Positions 30,896-40,535 of a DNA stretch of 64,000 bases are shown here, in pieces (the stretch's first letter is position 1; each line of letters starts with the position of its first letter). Made by a program: the position numbers and the translations under genes. Under the pieces are notes generated by a model, which was not told the DNA's origin, made no database searches, and saw only the letters and a list, made by a program, of their open reading frames with translations. The stretch spans positions 57,873-121,872 of IMG/VR virus record IMGVR_UViG_3300046318_000188; one strand, given 5' to 3'. The stretch is from a virus.

Positions 30896-31882
30896 ATGAT
30901 TAAGAAAACAGAAACAAGGATGACCGATGAACGGACATATTTTAAACCTTTTAATTATCCTTGGGCTTATGATGCATGGCTTAAGCATGAGCAATCACAT
31001 TGGTTACATACTGAAGTGCCAATGCTCGAGGATGTTAAAGATTGGAAAAAGAAACTTAGTAAAGAAGAAAAACAATTTCTCACACACATTTTTAGATTCT
31101 TCACCCAAGGAGATATTGATGTTGCTGGTGGTTATGTTAACAATTATCTTCCTTATTTCCCTCAACCCGAAATACGCATGATGCTTCTTGGTTTCGCTGC
31201 CAGAGAAGCCTTACACGTTGCTGCTTACTCACACCTTATTGAAACACTTGGTCTACCTGAAACCATGTATAATGAGTTCATGCAGTATCAGGAGATGAAG
31301 GAGAAACACGATTACATTTTAAATATCTCTGGTCAAAATACTACCAAAGAAAATACAGCGACACATATTGCAGTATTCTCCGCATTTACTGAAGGTATGC
31401 AGTTGTTCTCATCATTTATCATGTTGTTGAACTTCCCAAGACACGGTAAGATGAAGGGTATGGGTCAGATTGTAACTTGGTCAATTGTTGATGAAACTCA
31501 ACATACCGAGAATATGATTAAATTATTCAGAACATACATAGAAGAAAATCGTGAGATTTGGAATGATGAACTCAAAGGTCGTTTATATACGATTGCTGAG
31601 AAGATGGTAGAATTGGAAGATAAGTTTATTGACCTGGCTTTCGCTATGGGCGCCATGGAAGATTTATCTGCTGAAGATGTTAAGAAGTATATTCGTTATA
31701 TTGCGGACCGTAGATTGATTTCTTTAGGACTCAAAGGTCAGTTTAAAGTGAAACGTAATCCTTTACCATGGGTAGAGGAAATGATTAACGCACCAACACA
31801 CACAAACTTCTTTGAGAATAGAGCAACCGATTATGCAAAAGGTGCCTTGTCTGGAGATTGGGGTGATGTATGGGCCAAATAA
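30896..31882 (+). CDS. nrdB: Class I ribonucleotide reductase, small subunit
   Basis: FFTQGD, EALHVAAYS, TEGMQLFSSF, DETQH, NFFENRATDY. Confidence 0.96.
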   Translation: MIKKTETRMTDERTYFKPFNYPWAYDAWLKHEQSHWLHTEVPMLEDVKDWKKKLSKEEKQFLTHIFRFFTQGDIDVAGGYVNNYLPYFPQPEIRMMLLGFAAREALHVAAYSHLIETLGLPETMYNEFMQYQEMKEKHDYILNISGQNTTKENTATHIAVFSAFTEGMQLFSSFIMLLNFPRHGKMKGMGQIVTWSIVDETQHTENMIKLFRTYIEENREIWNDELKGRLYTIAEKMVELEDKFIDLAFAMGAMEDLSAEDVKKYIRYIADRRLISLGLKGQFKVKRNPLPWVEEMINAPTHTNFFENRATDYAKGALSGDWGDVWAK

Positions 31883-31891
31883 GGACTTACA

Positions 31892-32080
31892 ATGACACAA
31901 AAACAATTAACGGGAGAATGTTTAAGTTGTGAATCAACTTATTCAGTTGCATATATGGAAGAAATGGTTTCTCAAGACTTACCTGAACATTGCCCATTCT
32001 GTGGTGAACAAATCGAAGAATTATCCGAAGATTATGTGGAAGATGATGAAGATGATTTAGACACCGGAGAATGGGACTAA
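31892..32080 (+). CDS. Small zinc-ribbon protein with an acidic tail
   Basis: CLSC...CPFC followed by a D/E-rich tail. Confidence 0.7.
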   Translation: MTQKQLTGECLSCESTYSVAYMEEMVSQDLPEHCPFCGEQIEELSEDYVEDDEDDLDTGEWD

Positions 32081-32442
32081 ACTTTAAGTTTACACTTATC
32101 TCCGTGCCACTTACCGTAATTTAGATAACCGATTGTTTTATCACAATGTGGACAAACCTTATCTAATTTACGGTTTTTATTCATTTTGGTAATCCAAGTT
32201 TGTTTCGTACCTCTATGTGAATCACCAATCTTTTTCCTAGTTTCTTCACTAGGATTATATTGTTTCATTCTGATAATGGTTTCTTCTGTATGTTTAAGTC
32301 CTAACCAAGTTCCTGGTATTTTTTCTTCAGCCAATTTAATTGGTTTATAACTTGTTGGTGTATATTTAATATCGAAGATTTTTGATATATTGGAATTGAA
32401 TCGTTCCCATTCTTCTTGGGATTCAAACAGATAAATACTCAT
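32077..32442 (-). CDS. NUMOD3-motif protein, probable homing-endonuclease derivative without an obvious nuclease domain
   Basis: KHTEETI...SEETRKKIGDSHRG repeats; C-terminal CPHC...HGDKC; RBS AAAGGA; start at MSIY. Confidence 0.65.
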   Translation of the reverse strand: MSIYLFESQEEWERFNSNISKIFDIKYTPTSYKPIKLAEEKIPGTWLGLKHTEETIIRMKQYNPSEETRKKIGDSHRGTKQTWITKMNKNRKLDKVCPHCDKTIGYLNYGKWHGDKCKLKV

Positions 32443-32500
32443 GCTGACACGGTCCTTTCGTATTAGAGTATGTGCGGATGCCAGTCCGGCGACATACAAC

Positions 32501-32508
32501 TATTTATA
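32501..32508 (-). promoter_or_regulatory. Late promoter TATAAATA on the minus strand
   Basis: TATTTATA on +, upstream of the minus-strand NUMOD3 gene. Confidence 0.75.
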
Positions 32509-32518
32509 AGAGAATAAT

Positions 32519-32755
32519 ATGCCGAAAACATTCAAACAATTTGTGGAAGCAATAAACAAAAACAACCTATTCCGTAAACTACAAAAAGATTTACCAAAAG
32601 TCAATGATCCTAAAAACAAAGACGCCAAACCAGTCAAATGGACTGGACCTGGCAAAGATGACTATGGTTACACGGGATATCAAGGTCATGGTATGCCGAC
32701 CGATAAGGCAGAACGAGCTCGTATCGCTGCTGATAAGAAGAAAAACAATAAGTAA
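32519..32755 (+). CDS. Small basic protein with a capsid-targeting-like N-terminus
   Basis: Starts MPKTFKQFVEA; GATAAATA at 32430-32437 upstream. Confidence 0.6.
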   Translation: MPKTFKQFVEAINKNNLFRKLQKDLPKVNDPKNKDAKPVKWTGPGKDDYGYTGYQGHGMPTDKAERARIAADKKKNNK

Positions 32756-33195
32756 TGTATTGGCAACATGATGGTAAAGATTTTACTGAAGATTTGATTG
32801 GTAATAATTACGGGTTCGTGTATCAGATAACTAATCTGACGAATGGTAGAAAATACATAGGCAAGAAATTCTTTTATTCTGCCAAAACCAAACAAGTCAA
32901 AGGTAAGAAGAAGAAGATTAAGGTATTCAGCGATTGGCAAACTTACTATGGAAGTAGTGCCGAATTGGCTAAAGATGTGTTATCATTAGGGAATGAAAAC
33001 TTCACTAGAGAAATATTACATCTTTGCCAGTCAAAAGGTGAATGTGGTTATCTCGAAGCAAAAGAGCAATTTATTCGTGGTGTAATGGAATCGGAAGATT
33101 ACTATAACTCATGGATAATGGTAAGAGTAAGAAAATCACACATCAAGGACTATAATGCTAGACTACTTAAAGGTACTCCAGGACAAGGAGCATGA
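32755..33195 (+). CDS. GIY-YIG endonuclease (endonuclease II/DenA-like)
   Basis: GFVYQITN...KYIGKK, YYGSS, FTREIL, YYN. Confidence 0.8.
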   Translation: MYWQHDGKDFTEDLIGNNYGFVYQITNLTNGRKYIGKKFFYSAKTKQVKGKKKKIKVFSDWQTYYGSSAELAKDVLSLGNENFTREILHLCQSKGECGYLEAKEQFIRGVMESEDYYNSWIMVRVRKSHIKDYNARLLKGTPGQGA

Positions 33196-33496
33196 CGCTT
33201 TCTTTTTCCTTCCGGGACCAAAAGAAGATACAATTCACCTAGAAGGTGCATCATATAAAGATGCGGGCGAAAACGTAGGACACTCAGCTATGGGTAACGC
33301 TTATCACGTTATTCTATTCAAAGAATCAGAAGATGGTGAGTTGGTAGATATTGATATGTTCGATGCCATTTTTATGGATCCATTGGAATATATGTCTGGT
33401 TTATTACCATTTGGTATTTTTGGTATCATGGCCCGTAAGACCACCACATCAAATAACTTCATCCAAAAAACATTTGACAAATTACAGAAAGCATGA
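33155..33496 (+). CDS. Hypothetical protein
   Basis: 113-aa ORF with RBS AAGGA. Confidence 0.6.
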   Translation: MLDYLKVLQDKEHDAFFFLPGPKEDTIHLEGASYKDAGENVGHSAMGNAYHVILFKESEDGELVDIDMFDAIFMDPLEYMSGLLPFGIFGIMARKTTTSNNFIQKTFDKLQKA

Positions 33497-33502
33497 TACA
33501 AT
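33474..33502 (+). promoter_or_regulatory. Sigma70-type promoter
   Basis: TTGACA-N17-TACAAT upstream of rnh. Confidence 0.7.
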
Positions 33503-33535
33503 AGTATCTTAATTGGAAACTATTGAAAGTTTATT

Positions 33536-34378
33536 ATGGTATTAGTAGATTTAAATCAAGTATTACTCGCAGGTCTCATGGCGCAAATTGCCAATCAAAA
33601 AGGTAAATTAGATGAGGACCTAATTCGTCACATGATTCTCAATATTATACGAACCCATGCTCGAAATTTTAAAGAGTATGGTGAAATTGTATTGTGTTGT
33701 GATAATCGTAAATACTGGCGAAAAGATTATTTCCCATTCTATAAAGCTGGTCGTAAGAAAACCCGTGAAAAGTCCGATTTGGATTGGCATCTCATCTTTG
33801 ATATGTTGGCAAAGTTTAAAGTCGAACTCAAGGAAAACTTCCCTTACAAAGTGATTGATGTTGAGGGTGCCGAAGCTGACGATATTATTGGTACCTTGGT
33901 TCCACGATTTGCACCACATCAACCAATTTTGATTCTATCAAGTGATGGTGACTTCTTGCAATTGCAGAACTATGGTAAGAATGTAAAACAATATAATCCA
34001 TCACAGAAGAAATATATTGTATCTCCTAATCCAATTATGGATTTAAAAGAGAAGATTATTCGTGGTGATAAAGGTGATGGCATTCCAAACATCTTCTCAC
34101 CTGGTGATTGTTTTGTTCGTGACCTAAGGCAGAAACCAATCACCAAAGGTGTATTAGAGAAGTTGATGCGTGAGGCATATACTGACCAAGAAGAAACTAT
34201 CCAGGCCAATTGGATGCGTAATGCAACACTAATTGATTTGACTTTTATTCCGGTTGAGATTAAAGAGAAAATCATAAATACTTATGAAGAAACCGTTCCA
34301 GCAAAAAGGAACAAACTGCTGAATTATTTTATTGAGCATAAACTGAAGAACTTAATGGAAGTAATAGAGGATTTTTAA
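33536..34378 (+). CDS. rnh: T4 RNase H-like 5'-3' exonuclease
   Basis: LVDLNQ, YWRKD.FP.YKA.R, EADDIIG, SSDGDF.QL, GDKGDGIPN. Confidence 0.94.
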   Translation: MVLVDLNQVLLAGLMAQIANQKGKLDEDLIRHMILNIIRTHARNFKEYGEIVLCCDNRKYWRKDYFPFYKAGRKKTREKSDLDWHLIFDMLAKFKVELKENFPYKVIDVEGAEADDIIGTLVPRFAPHQPILILSSDGDFLQLQNYGKNVKQYNPSQKKYIVSPNPIMDLKEKIIRGDKGDGIPNIFSPGDCFVRDLRQKPITKGVLEKLMREAYTDQEETIQANWMRNATLIDLTFIPVEIKEKIINTYEETVPAKRNKLLNYFIEHKLKNLMEVIEDF

Positions 34379-34806
34379 TGAAAAACATTTATGAGATTTT
34401 TGATGAATTTGAAGAAGCTGGTAACAAAAAAGAAAGAATGTTAGTAATTGAAAAGAACTTATCAAAGGTTCTTGTTCAAGTATTAGAGTTGGCATTTCAT
34501 CCGAATCATCAATGGTTAATTAATGAAATGCCGGCCGATTATAGAATTGATGTTGGTAATAAAGTACCAGGTTTAGCTAACTGTAACTTAACAACAGAAA
34601 TTCGTAAGATGTACCTATTTCAAAAAGGTGACCAGTCGGCTGAAAAGTTATCTCAAGAAAAAAGACAACAATTATTATTGCAGTTATTGGAATCAATTGA
34701 ACCCCGTGAAGCAGAAGTAGTCATGGGAATTTTACAAAAAGACCTAGGCGTAAAAGGCTTAGATTATAAATTTGTTAAAGAGGCATTTCCAAACTTAATA
34801 CCATAA
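34378..34806 (+). CDS. Conserved hypothetical protein downstream of rnh
   Basis: QLLESIEPREAE...KD...VKEAFP pattern. Confidence 0.65.
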   Translation: MKNIYEIFDEFEEAGNKKERMLVIEKNLSKVLVQVLELAFHPNHQWLINEMPADYRIDVGNKVPGLANCNLTTEIRKMYLFQKGDQSAEKLSQEKRQQLLLQLLESIEPREAEVVMGILQKDLGVKGLDYKFVKEAFPNLIP

Positions 34807-35177
34807 TGTTCGAAAAAGATAGAATAATAATAACTTGTGGCATATATGATCCACTATCTGTCGAGGAATTAAAGTTCCTTAAAAAATGTAAAGCTAAGGG
34901 TGATTGGTTAGTTGTCGGCGTCCATTCTGATTGGTGGATGCAATGGTCAGAAGGTGGTTATGTACAAGAATATGAAACTCGCCGAGAAATTATATCAAAT
35001 TTAAAGTGTGTCGATGAAATATTTTCATTCAATGATTCTGATGGTACAATCATTCAATTATTAAAACTTGTAAAAATTTGTTATCCTCATTCCGATATTA
35101 CCTATATTTCGGATGAAGATATGCATAATATGCCTGAATCTAAAATTAAAGGCATAACTTTTGAAACTATGAAATAG
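34806..35177 (+). CDS. Degenerate cytidyltransferase-like (RfaE domain II/TagD-like) protein
   Basis: GIYDPL...GDWLVVGVHSD...R.EII.NLKCVDEIF.F.D. The HxGH motif is replaced by SVEE. Confidence 0.7.
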   Translation: MFEKDRIIITCGIYDPLSVEELKFLKKCKAKGDWLVVGVHSDWWMQWSEGGYVQEYETRREIISNLKCVDEIFSFNDSDGTIIQLLKLVKICYPHSDITYISDEDMHNMPESKIKGITFETMK

Positions 35178-35186
35178 GAGAAGTAA

Positions 35187-35369
35187 GTGACAAAATTTGT
35201 AGGTAAGTTCCGTAAGAACCAAGACTATAATGACGATTACACATATGCAAAGAACTTTTTGCATAGTAAGAAAAGACAATCAGAACATCCAGAGGTCAAA
35301 AAGTATATCAAGAATACTGAAGATGTATTTGAAGAAGAACTTGAAATTTCACCTGATGATAAAAACTAA
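35187..35369 (+). CDS. Small hypothetical protein
   Basis: RBS AGGAG, GTG start. Confidence 0.55.
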   Translation: MTKFVGKFRKNQDYNDDYTYAKNFLHSKKRQSEHPEVKKYIKNTEDVFEEELEISPDDKN

Positions 35370-35441
35370 GTATACCACTTAATTCTTGAAATTTCATCAT
35401 AAGTAGGTATGTCCGCCTTTGAAATAAGGTATTGGTAATGT

Positions 35442-35494
35442 TGTTGTTTCCATACAACACTTTGCTTGACACCACCATCAAACTGTAATACAAT
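35442..35494 (+). promoter_or_regulatory. TGTTG-N8-CAACA palindrome plus sigma70 promoter
   Basis: Palindrome at 35442-35459; TTGACA-N17-TACAAT at 35466-35494. Confidence 0.8.
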
Positions 35495-35518
35495 GGTTCT
35501 TCAGTCACGGAGAATTAT

Positions 35519-35863
35519 ATGTTAATTTACGGTTATATTCCAAAATCCAAGAAACGTAAAGTTTCTAAAGCCAAGAAATTACAGCACGAAGAATGGTTAC
35601 TATCCATTAATTCGATGTCTACCAATTTCAGTAAAAATAAATCCACGAAGTTTTCCAAAGTAACTCCAATGTTTACCGTTCCGGCCGGTCGAGAATCTCC
35701 TAACATTGCGTCCTTGGATACTGGATTTATTGCTTGTACAAAGAAATTCGGAAATTCATATACAGGTGACAAGATTAAAGGAATTGGTACGATGCATAAA
35801 AGTAATGCTGTGCCAGTATTTACCGACAATGAAGCAAAAGAGATAGCGAGCATGAGAAGATGA
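35519..35863 (+). CDS. Basic conserved early protein
   Basis: YTG...GIGTMHKSNAVPVF motif; RBS GGAG. Confidence 0.7.
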   Translation: MLIYGYIPKSKKRKVSKAKKLQHEEWLLSINSMSTNFSKNKSTKFSKVTPMFTVPAGRESPNIASLDTGFIACTKKFGNSYTGDKIKGIGTMHKSNAVPVFTDNEAKEIASMRR

Positions 35864-36398
35864 GTATTACACAAGATGAATGGGAAGAATATGAAGATTA
35901 TCTTTTCGAATTGACTGATGAAGAACTAAAAATTGAGTTACAATGGTTACAATCAGTAGGTAAAGCGAAGCAAAGAGGTAGTGTAGTGTCATCCGTTGAA
36001 AATTTTACTATACAATAAGGTTATTATGTTAAGCAAACATGAAGAAAAAGACATTTTGAGAGGCATTGATGATATTATGTTCAATATGCGGCACATTCCA
36101 GCGCAGGATGTTGCATATTTTCTTGTAAAATTCAATCCGAATCTTGCCGAAGAATTGGCCAGCGCAATTGAGCAACAAATTTTTGATAAAAATGAAGGAA
36201 AAAATCATGGATAGTAGTAAAATTGGTTTACAAGAGCAATTAGACAAGATTGATACGCAAATTTTTGCTTTGGCAGACAAATACGACTTCCAATCCTTGG
36301 ATAATGTTGTTCGAGGTTGGGTTGCCTTGTCTGGATTCGAAAAAGACCAACAAAATTATGCAAATTTAGCGGATTTATACAATTTTAAATCAGTTTAA
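35860..36398 (+). other. Three small hypothetical ORFs (35860..36018, 36026..36214 and one ending at 36398)
   Basis: Tightly packed ORFs, each with an RBS or overlapping start/stop. Confidence 0.55.
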
Positions 36399-36405
36399 TG
36401 AAATG

Positions 36406-36468
36406 TGTTGCTAAAAAACAACACCTTTACAAAAAGCATTTGACGGTAAGCATTATTTGTAGTATAAT
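36406..36468 (+). promoter_or_regulatory. TGTTG-N8-CAACA palindrome plus sigma70 promoter
   Basis: Palindrome at 36406-36423; TTGACG-N17-TATAAT at 36440-36468. Confidence 0.8.
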
Positions 36469-36491
36469 GGTTTCATTAAATCGGAGAACTC

Positions 36492-38651
36492 ATGGAACTA
36501 ATTGAATCAAAATCACTACTTGCCAAATTAATGGCTACCGAAAACTTGACCATTGAACAGCGCAACGTACAAACTGCCGCTTTCGATGTAAAGAATCGTA
36601 TTCTTACGGTTCCTATTCTTGATAAGAATATTTCTGGTTACTTGTATGACCTTTTCATGGGTCATGAAGTTGGCCATGCTCTCTACACTCCGTTAGAAGG
36701 CATGACTAAGGCTTACGAAGAAAAGATTCCAATGGGCATTATGAATGTATTGGAAGATTCCCGTATTGAGCGTAAAGTCAAAAACAAATATCCTGGTATT
36801 CGTTCCTCTTTCATTCGTGCATACAAAGAATTAATCGATAAAGATTTCTTTGGTACTGCAGGTATTGATTTAAATGATTTAAACTTTATTGACCGTGTTA
36901 ACCTTTACACCAAGGGTGGTGCATCACAAGGTATCAAATTTACCGATTTTGAGAAAACTTTGGTTGATAAAATTGAAAATACTCAATCTTATGATGATGT
37001 GATGGAAGTGGCCAGATTGGTGCAAGCATATCTCAAAGAAGAAAACGAAAAACGCAAATCCGAAACACCAACATACGAAGAAACCAATGAAGAAGCGGAT
37101 GGAGAAATTGATCCGTTTGGTTATGGTGATATTGATGATGAGAATGATTGGGATGATGAAGAAACTCAATCCAAAAAATCTAATCAACCTTCTGATGAAG
37201 GCGAAAGTGAATCAGATAAAGAACCTACCGAAGGTGAAGAATATGGAATGAATCCTGAGAATCCACACAATTCTTCTGCCGAAGATGGAATCCGTTCACA
37301 CACCGATGATGCCTTCCGTAAAAATGAATCCAAGTTGTTTGCTAATGATAAGCGAGCATTTTATTATGGTAATATCCCCGATATTAATTTGAGTGAAGCA
37401 ATCTTCTCATACAAACAAACTTGGACCCGATATAAAGGTGATGTTCAGCGTATTAAAGATAGTTATAATTCTCCATACGAAAATACTTTCGGTGTTGATG
37501 TTGCTAAATTTACTAAGATGCGTAATGATGCCAAGAAAGTTGTTGGTTACTTGTCCAAAGAATTTGAACTCCGTAAAAATGCCGAGCAAATGAAACGTGC
37601 ATCAGTTGCTAAAACTGGTGAATTGAATATGTCCAAGATTTATGGTTATCAATTGATGGATGATATTTTCAAAAAGGTTACAGTTGTACCTAATGGTAAA
37701 TCACATGGTCTTGTAATGTTCTTAGATTGGTCAGGTTCTATGCACCATCACATTGAGAACACCATGAAACAATTGATTAACTTGGTGATGTTCTGTAAGA
37801 AGGTAAACATTCCTTATGAAGTATATGCCTTTAGTTCAGAATTTGATGAACCATACACACCTAAAGTTGTAGTTGGTGATATTGTTATGCATGGTTTTAA
37901 ATTGATTAATATCTTGTCCAGTAAAATGACTGCTTCTGAATTTACATATGCTGGTTCAGCATTGGTTAATATGGCACAACAACGTGGTTGGAAACCAGGT
38001 TGGTTTCAGATGGGTGGAACTCCACTAAATGAAACTGTTATTGCAGCAACTAAGATTATTCCAGAATTTCAGAAACAATATAAACTACAAGTGGTGAATA
38101 CAGTATTCTTAACCGATGGTGAAGGCCAAAGTTTAAGAAATGTATATACAAAATACCCAAATGGTTATATTAGTTCTGGTTATAATAATCCAGAACTCGA
38201 TGGTAACGGTGGTTATAATATTGAGAAAAGCTTTGTAATGCGTGACCCAATTACTAAACATGAGGTACGAGTTGATTATGCTCGTGGTCGTGAATTGACA
38301 GGACACTTTATTTCTATTCTAAAGAAAAGAACTGGTTGTAATATTGTTGGTTTCTTTGTATTATCCGGTCGTGAATTTGGTCGTGAAGTTTATAACTTCT
38401 TTCCAAGAGCCGCCAATATGGACAAATATAAATCTGAGTTCCGTAAGAACAAATGTTTAACTGTTACTAATGCTGGTTACGATGAATATTATTTACTCCG
38501 TTCAGAAGGCCTAGATACAGATGATGATGTTGAATTTGTTGTGAAAGAAAACGCAACGACCCGTGGCTTGGTTTCCGCATTTAGTAAATTTGCCGGTAAC
38601 CGTTTGTCTAACCGTGTTGTATTAAACCGATTTATTGGAATGATTGCATAA
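36492..38651 (+). CDS. Metallopeptidase-like plus vWA protein (CobT-like partner of a MoxR ATPase)
   Basis: GHEVGH (HExxH), NVLEDSRIE, acidic linker, MIDAS LDWSGSM, GGTPL, FLTDGE. Confidence 0.88.
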   Translation: MELIESKSLLAKLMATENLTIEQRNVQTAAFDVKNRILTVPILDKNISGYLYDLFMGHEVGHALYTPLEGMTKAYEEKIPMGIMNVLEDSRIERKVKNKYPGIRSSFIRAYKELIDKDFFGTAGIDLNDLNFIDRVNLYTKGGASQGIKFTDFEKTLVDKIENTQSYDDVMEVARLVQAYLKEENEKRKSETPTYEETNEEADGEIDPFGYGDIDDENDWDDEETQSKKSNQPSDEGESESDKEPTEGEEYGMNPENPHNSSAEDGIRSHTDDAFRKNESKLFANDKRAFYYGNIPDINLSEAIFSYKQTWTRYKGDVQRIKDSYNSPYENTFGVDVAKFTKMRNDAKKVVGYLSKEFELRKNAEQMKRASVAKTGELNMSKIYGYQLMDDIFKKVTVVPNGKSHGLVMFLDWSGSMHHHIENTMKQLINLVMFCKKVNIPYEVYAFSSEFDEPYTPKVVVGDIVMHGFKLINILSSKMTASEFTYAGSALVNMAQQRGWKPGWFQMGGTPLNETVIAATKIIPEFQKQYKLQVVNTVFLTDGEGQSLRNVYTKYPNGYISSGYNNPELDGNGGYNIEKSFVMRDPITKHEVRVDYARGRELTGHFISILKKRTGCNIVGFFVLSGREFGREVYNFFPRAANMDKYKSEFRKNKCLTVTNAGYDEYYLLRSEGLDTDDDVEFVVKENATTRGLVSAFSKFAGNRLSNRVVLNRFIGMIA

Positions 38652-39661
38652 TGAATAGAGAGAGATTGGCTACCTTCATAGGAAATTTTGCTCAAAAAAT
38701 GTCAGATATATATTATGACGGTGAGTTAAATGAATATTATGTCCATTACAGAGAAGTTCAAAAAGAACCTGGTGCGGGTGACTTGGGCATGATAGAATAT
38801 TTTAACTCTGAAGAACAAGCTGAACTGGCAGCTAGAAAATATGCTTTTGGAGAGAAATATGGAAATAGCAATGTCTAAATTTATGAATGGCAACAAAAGA
38901 GCCGATGTATTAAAGACTGATGGTGGTTATACTATCAATATGTATTTGGATGACAAGTTCTACCAAAAACGAAATGTTTTTAATATTGATGATGCTGAGG
39001 CACTAGCGGAAGATTTTGTTTTAGAAGAAGGTGATTCTGGACCTAAATTTCTGAACGAAAATGCCTGAAATATCAGACGAACCATTTAATCCCAAAAAGA
39101 TATACGAAGATTTAATCAATAGGTGTAAAGAAGCCAAAGCTTGGTACATCAGATGTATTGTAGATGAATCTTTTGTTGGTTATGCACCCTTTGATATTAT
39201 CATTGAAAACGGCATATTCAATTGCCGTGTTGTTGCACCAACATTAAGAGATGCGTATATCGAAGTTGCGAACAAATTACCCGTAATTAAATTTTTAAAA
39301 TATGATGAAGAATAATGGATCACAAGAACTTACTGAGATTGTTAACACACATTAAAGTTTGGATTCCCTATGGTAATCCCATTAGAATTGAAATCGAAGA
39401 TATTATTGCCCAACTAAAACAACAAATCCAATGATACCAAAATATAAAATACCAGAATCTATTAAACTGATATTTTTTATATTGAGTTTTTCCACTATCT
39501 ATGGTTATATTTCTGATGATGATTACCATAAAGCATTTGACATTCCTGAATTAGTCCGTTATAATTGTGATATGTTAGTTGGTGGTTGGCATCCGGATGT
39601 TCCGGTAAAAGTAATTGAAGAATGTAGAAAAAAGAAAGCGAATGATGTTAAAACCTATTAA
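38651..39661 (+). other. Run of small hypothetical ORFs (38651..38878, to 39068, 39061..39315, 39431..39661)
   Basis: Contiguous, coupled + strand ORFs. Confidence 0.55.
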
Positions 39662-39905
39662 AAAGAATATTATTGTCCAAGTCATTGAGAAAGAGAAGGT
39701 CACTTCTTCTGGTATCATTCTCAAATCTGCGGATCCTGCCGAAGTTAATAAGGCTACTGTATTAAAAATTGGTAGTGAGGTTACTTTGATTGAAGAAGGC
39801 CAATTAATTCTTCCTAACTGGAACAAAGCAGTTCCAACCAAGTTTGATGGTGAAAGTTATTTCATTGTGAATGAAGATGATGTGGTGTTGATTTTCGAAG
39901 ATTAA
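39642..39905 (+). CDS. groES: Co-chaperonin GroES
   Basis: LKPIKKNIIV, mobile loop KVTSSGIIL, ATVLKIG, YFIVNEDDVVLI. Confidence 0.85.
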   Translation: MMLKPIKKNIIVQVIEKEKVTSSGIILKSADPAEVNKATVLKIGSEVTLIEEGQLILPNWNKAVPTKFDGESYFIVNEDDVVLIFED

Positions 39906-39924
39906 TTTGAATCGGAGGTATTAA

Positions 39925-40245
39925 ATGTACCAACAACAAATTGAGTTTTTCTGGCCTTTAACAGAACAGATTGATTTAGATTTAGATTTTTCACATTGCT
40001 CTGCACATGAGTATTATTTGAGAGTACAAGGTATCGGCCGAGAAGGACCTTATCCAACGGGTATGTTATATGTAAATGCCGAGGCAACATGGGCAACCAA
40101 CATTGCACCACAACTGACAGTATCTCCTATTAATTCTGTTGGAGAATTGTCAATCGGTGGTATTAGTGTAGGAATGGAATCTGAACCGAAATGGTATCAG
40201 AGAGTATTATATAAAGCTTTAGGATTTAATTGGAAGAATAAGTGA
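39925..40245 (+). CDS. Hypothetical protein
   Basis: RBS GGAGG; 106 aa. Confidence 0.6.
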   Translation: MYQQQIEFFWPLTEQIDLDLDFSHCSAHEYYLRVQGIGREGPYPTGMLYVNAEATWATNIAPQLTVSPINSVGELSIGGISVGMESEPKWYQRVLYKALGFNWKNK

Positions 40246-40361
40246 TGGCAACTAAACAGAAACAAACTCATAAATCTGGTGGATTTAAAACCACCAAGAA
40301 AACGGATACCAAAACTGGTAAATCTAAAGTGATTACTGAACGGGTTAAAAAGTCCAAGTAA
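40245..40361 (+). CDS. 38-aa Lys/Thr-rich basic peptide
   Basis: TGATG-coupled to the previous gene; MATKQKQTHKSGGFKTTKKTDTKTGKSKVITERVKKSK. Confidence 0.5.
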   Translation: MATKQKQTHKSGGFKTTKKTDTKTGKSKVITERVKKSK

Positions 40362-40381
40362 GGAGATTAATAAGAATCTCC
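40362..40381. terminator. Hairpin between convergent genes
   Basis: GGAGATT-aataag-AATCTCC; no clear U-tract. Confidence 0.45.
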
Positions 40382-40388
40382 ATATTCA

Positions 40389-40535
40389 CTATAGACCACG
40401 GATAGCGTAGTAGTCACGAACAACTCTTTCCAGTTCTTCATGAGTTTGTGGATTCTTAGACTTGATATACTGTTCCATTCTGGCATAGTAACCAAGGTCA
40501 AAGAAGAAGTTATAGATTTTTTTTAATAGTTTCAT
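40389..40535 (-). CDS. 48-aa minus-strand protein under a late promoter
   Basis: MKLLKKIYNFFFDLGYYARMEQYIKSKNPQTHEELERVVRDYYAIRGL; RBS AAAGG; minus-strand TATAAATA at 40595-40602. Confidence 0.65.
   Translation of the reverse strand: MKLLKKIYNFFFDLGYYARMEQYIKSKNPQTHEELERVVRDYYAIRGL

Noticed and set aside
250-31882. Introns or inteins in gp43, gp41, nrdA, nrdB, thyX
   Set aside because: All are contiguous, of ordinary length, and show no intein motifs.
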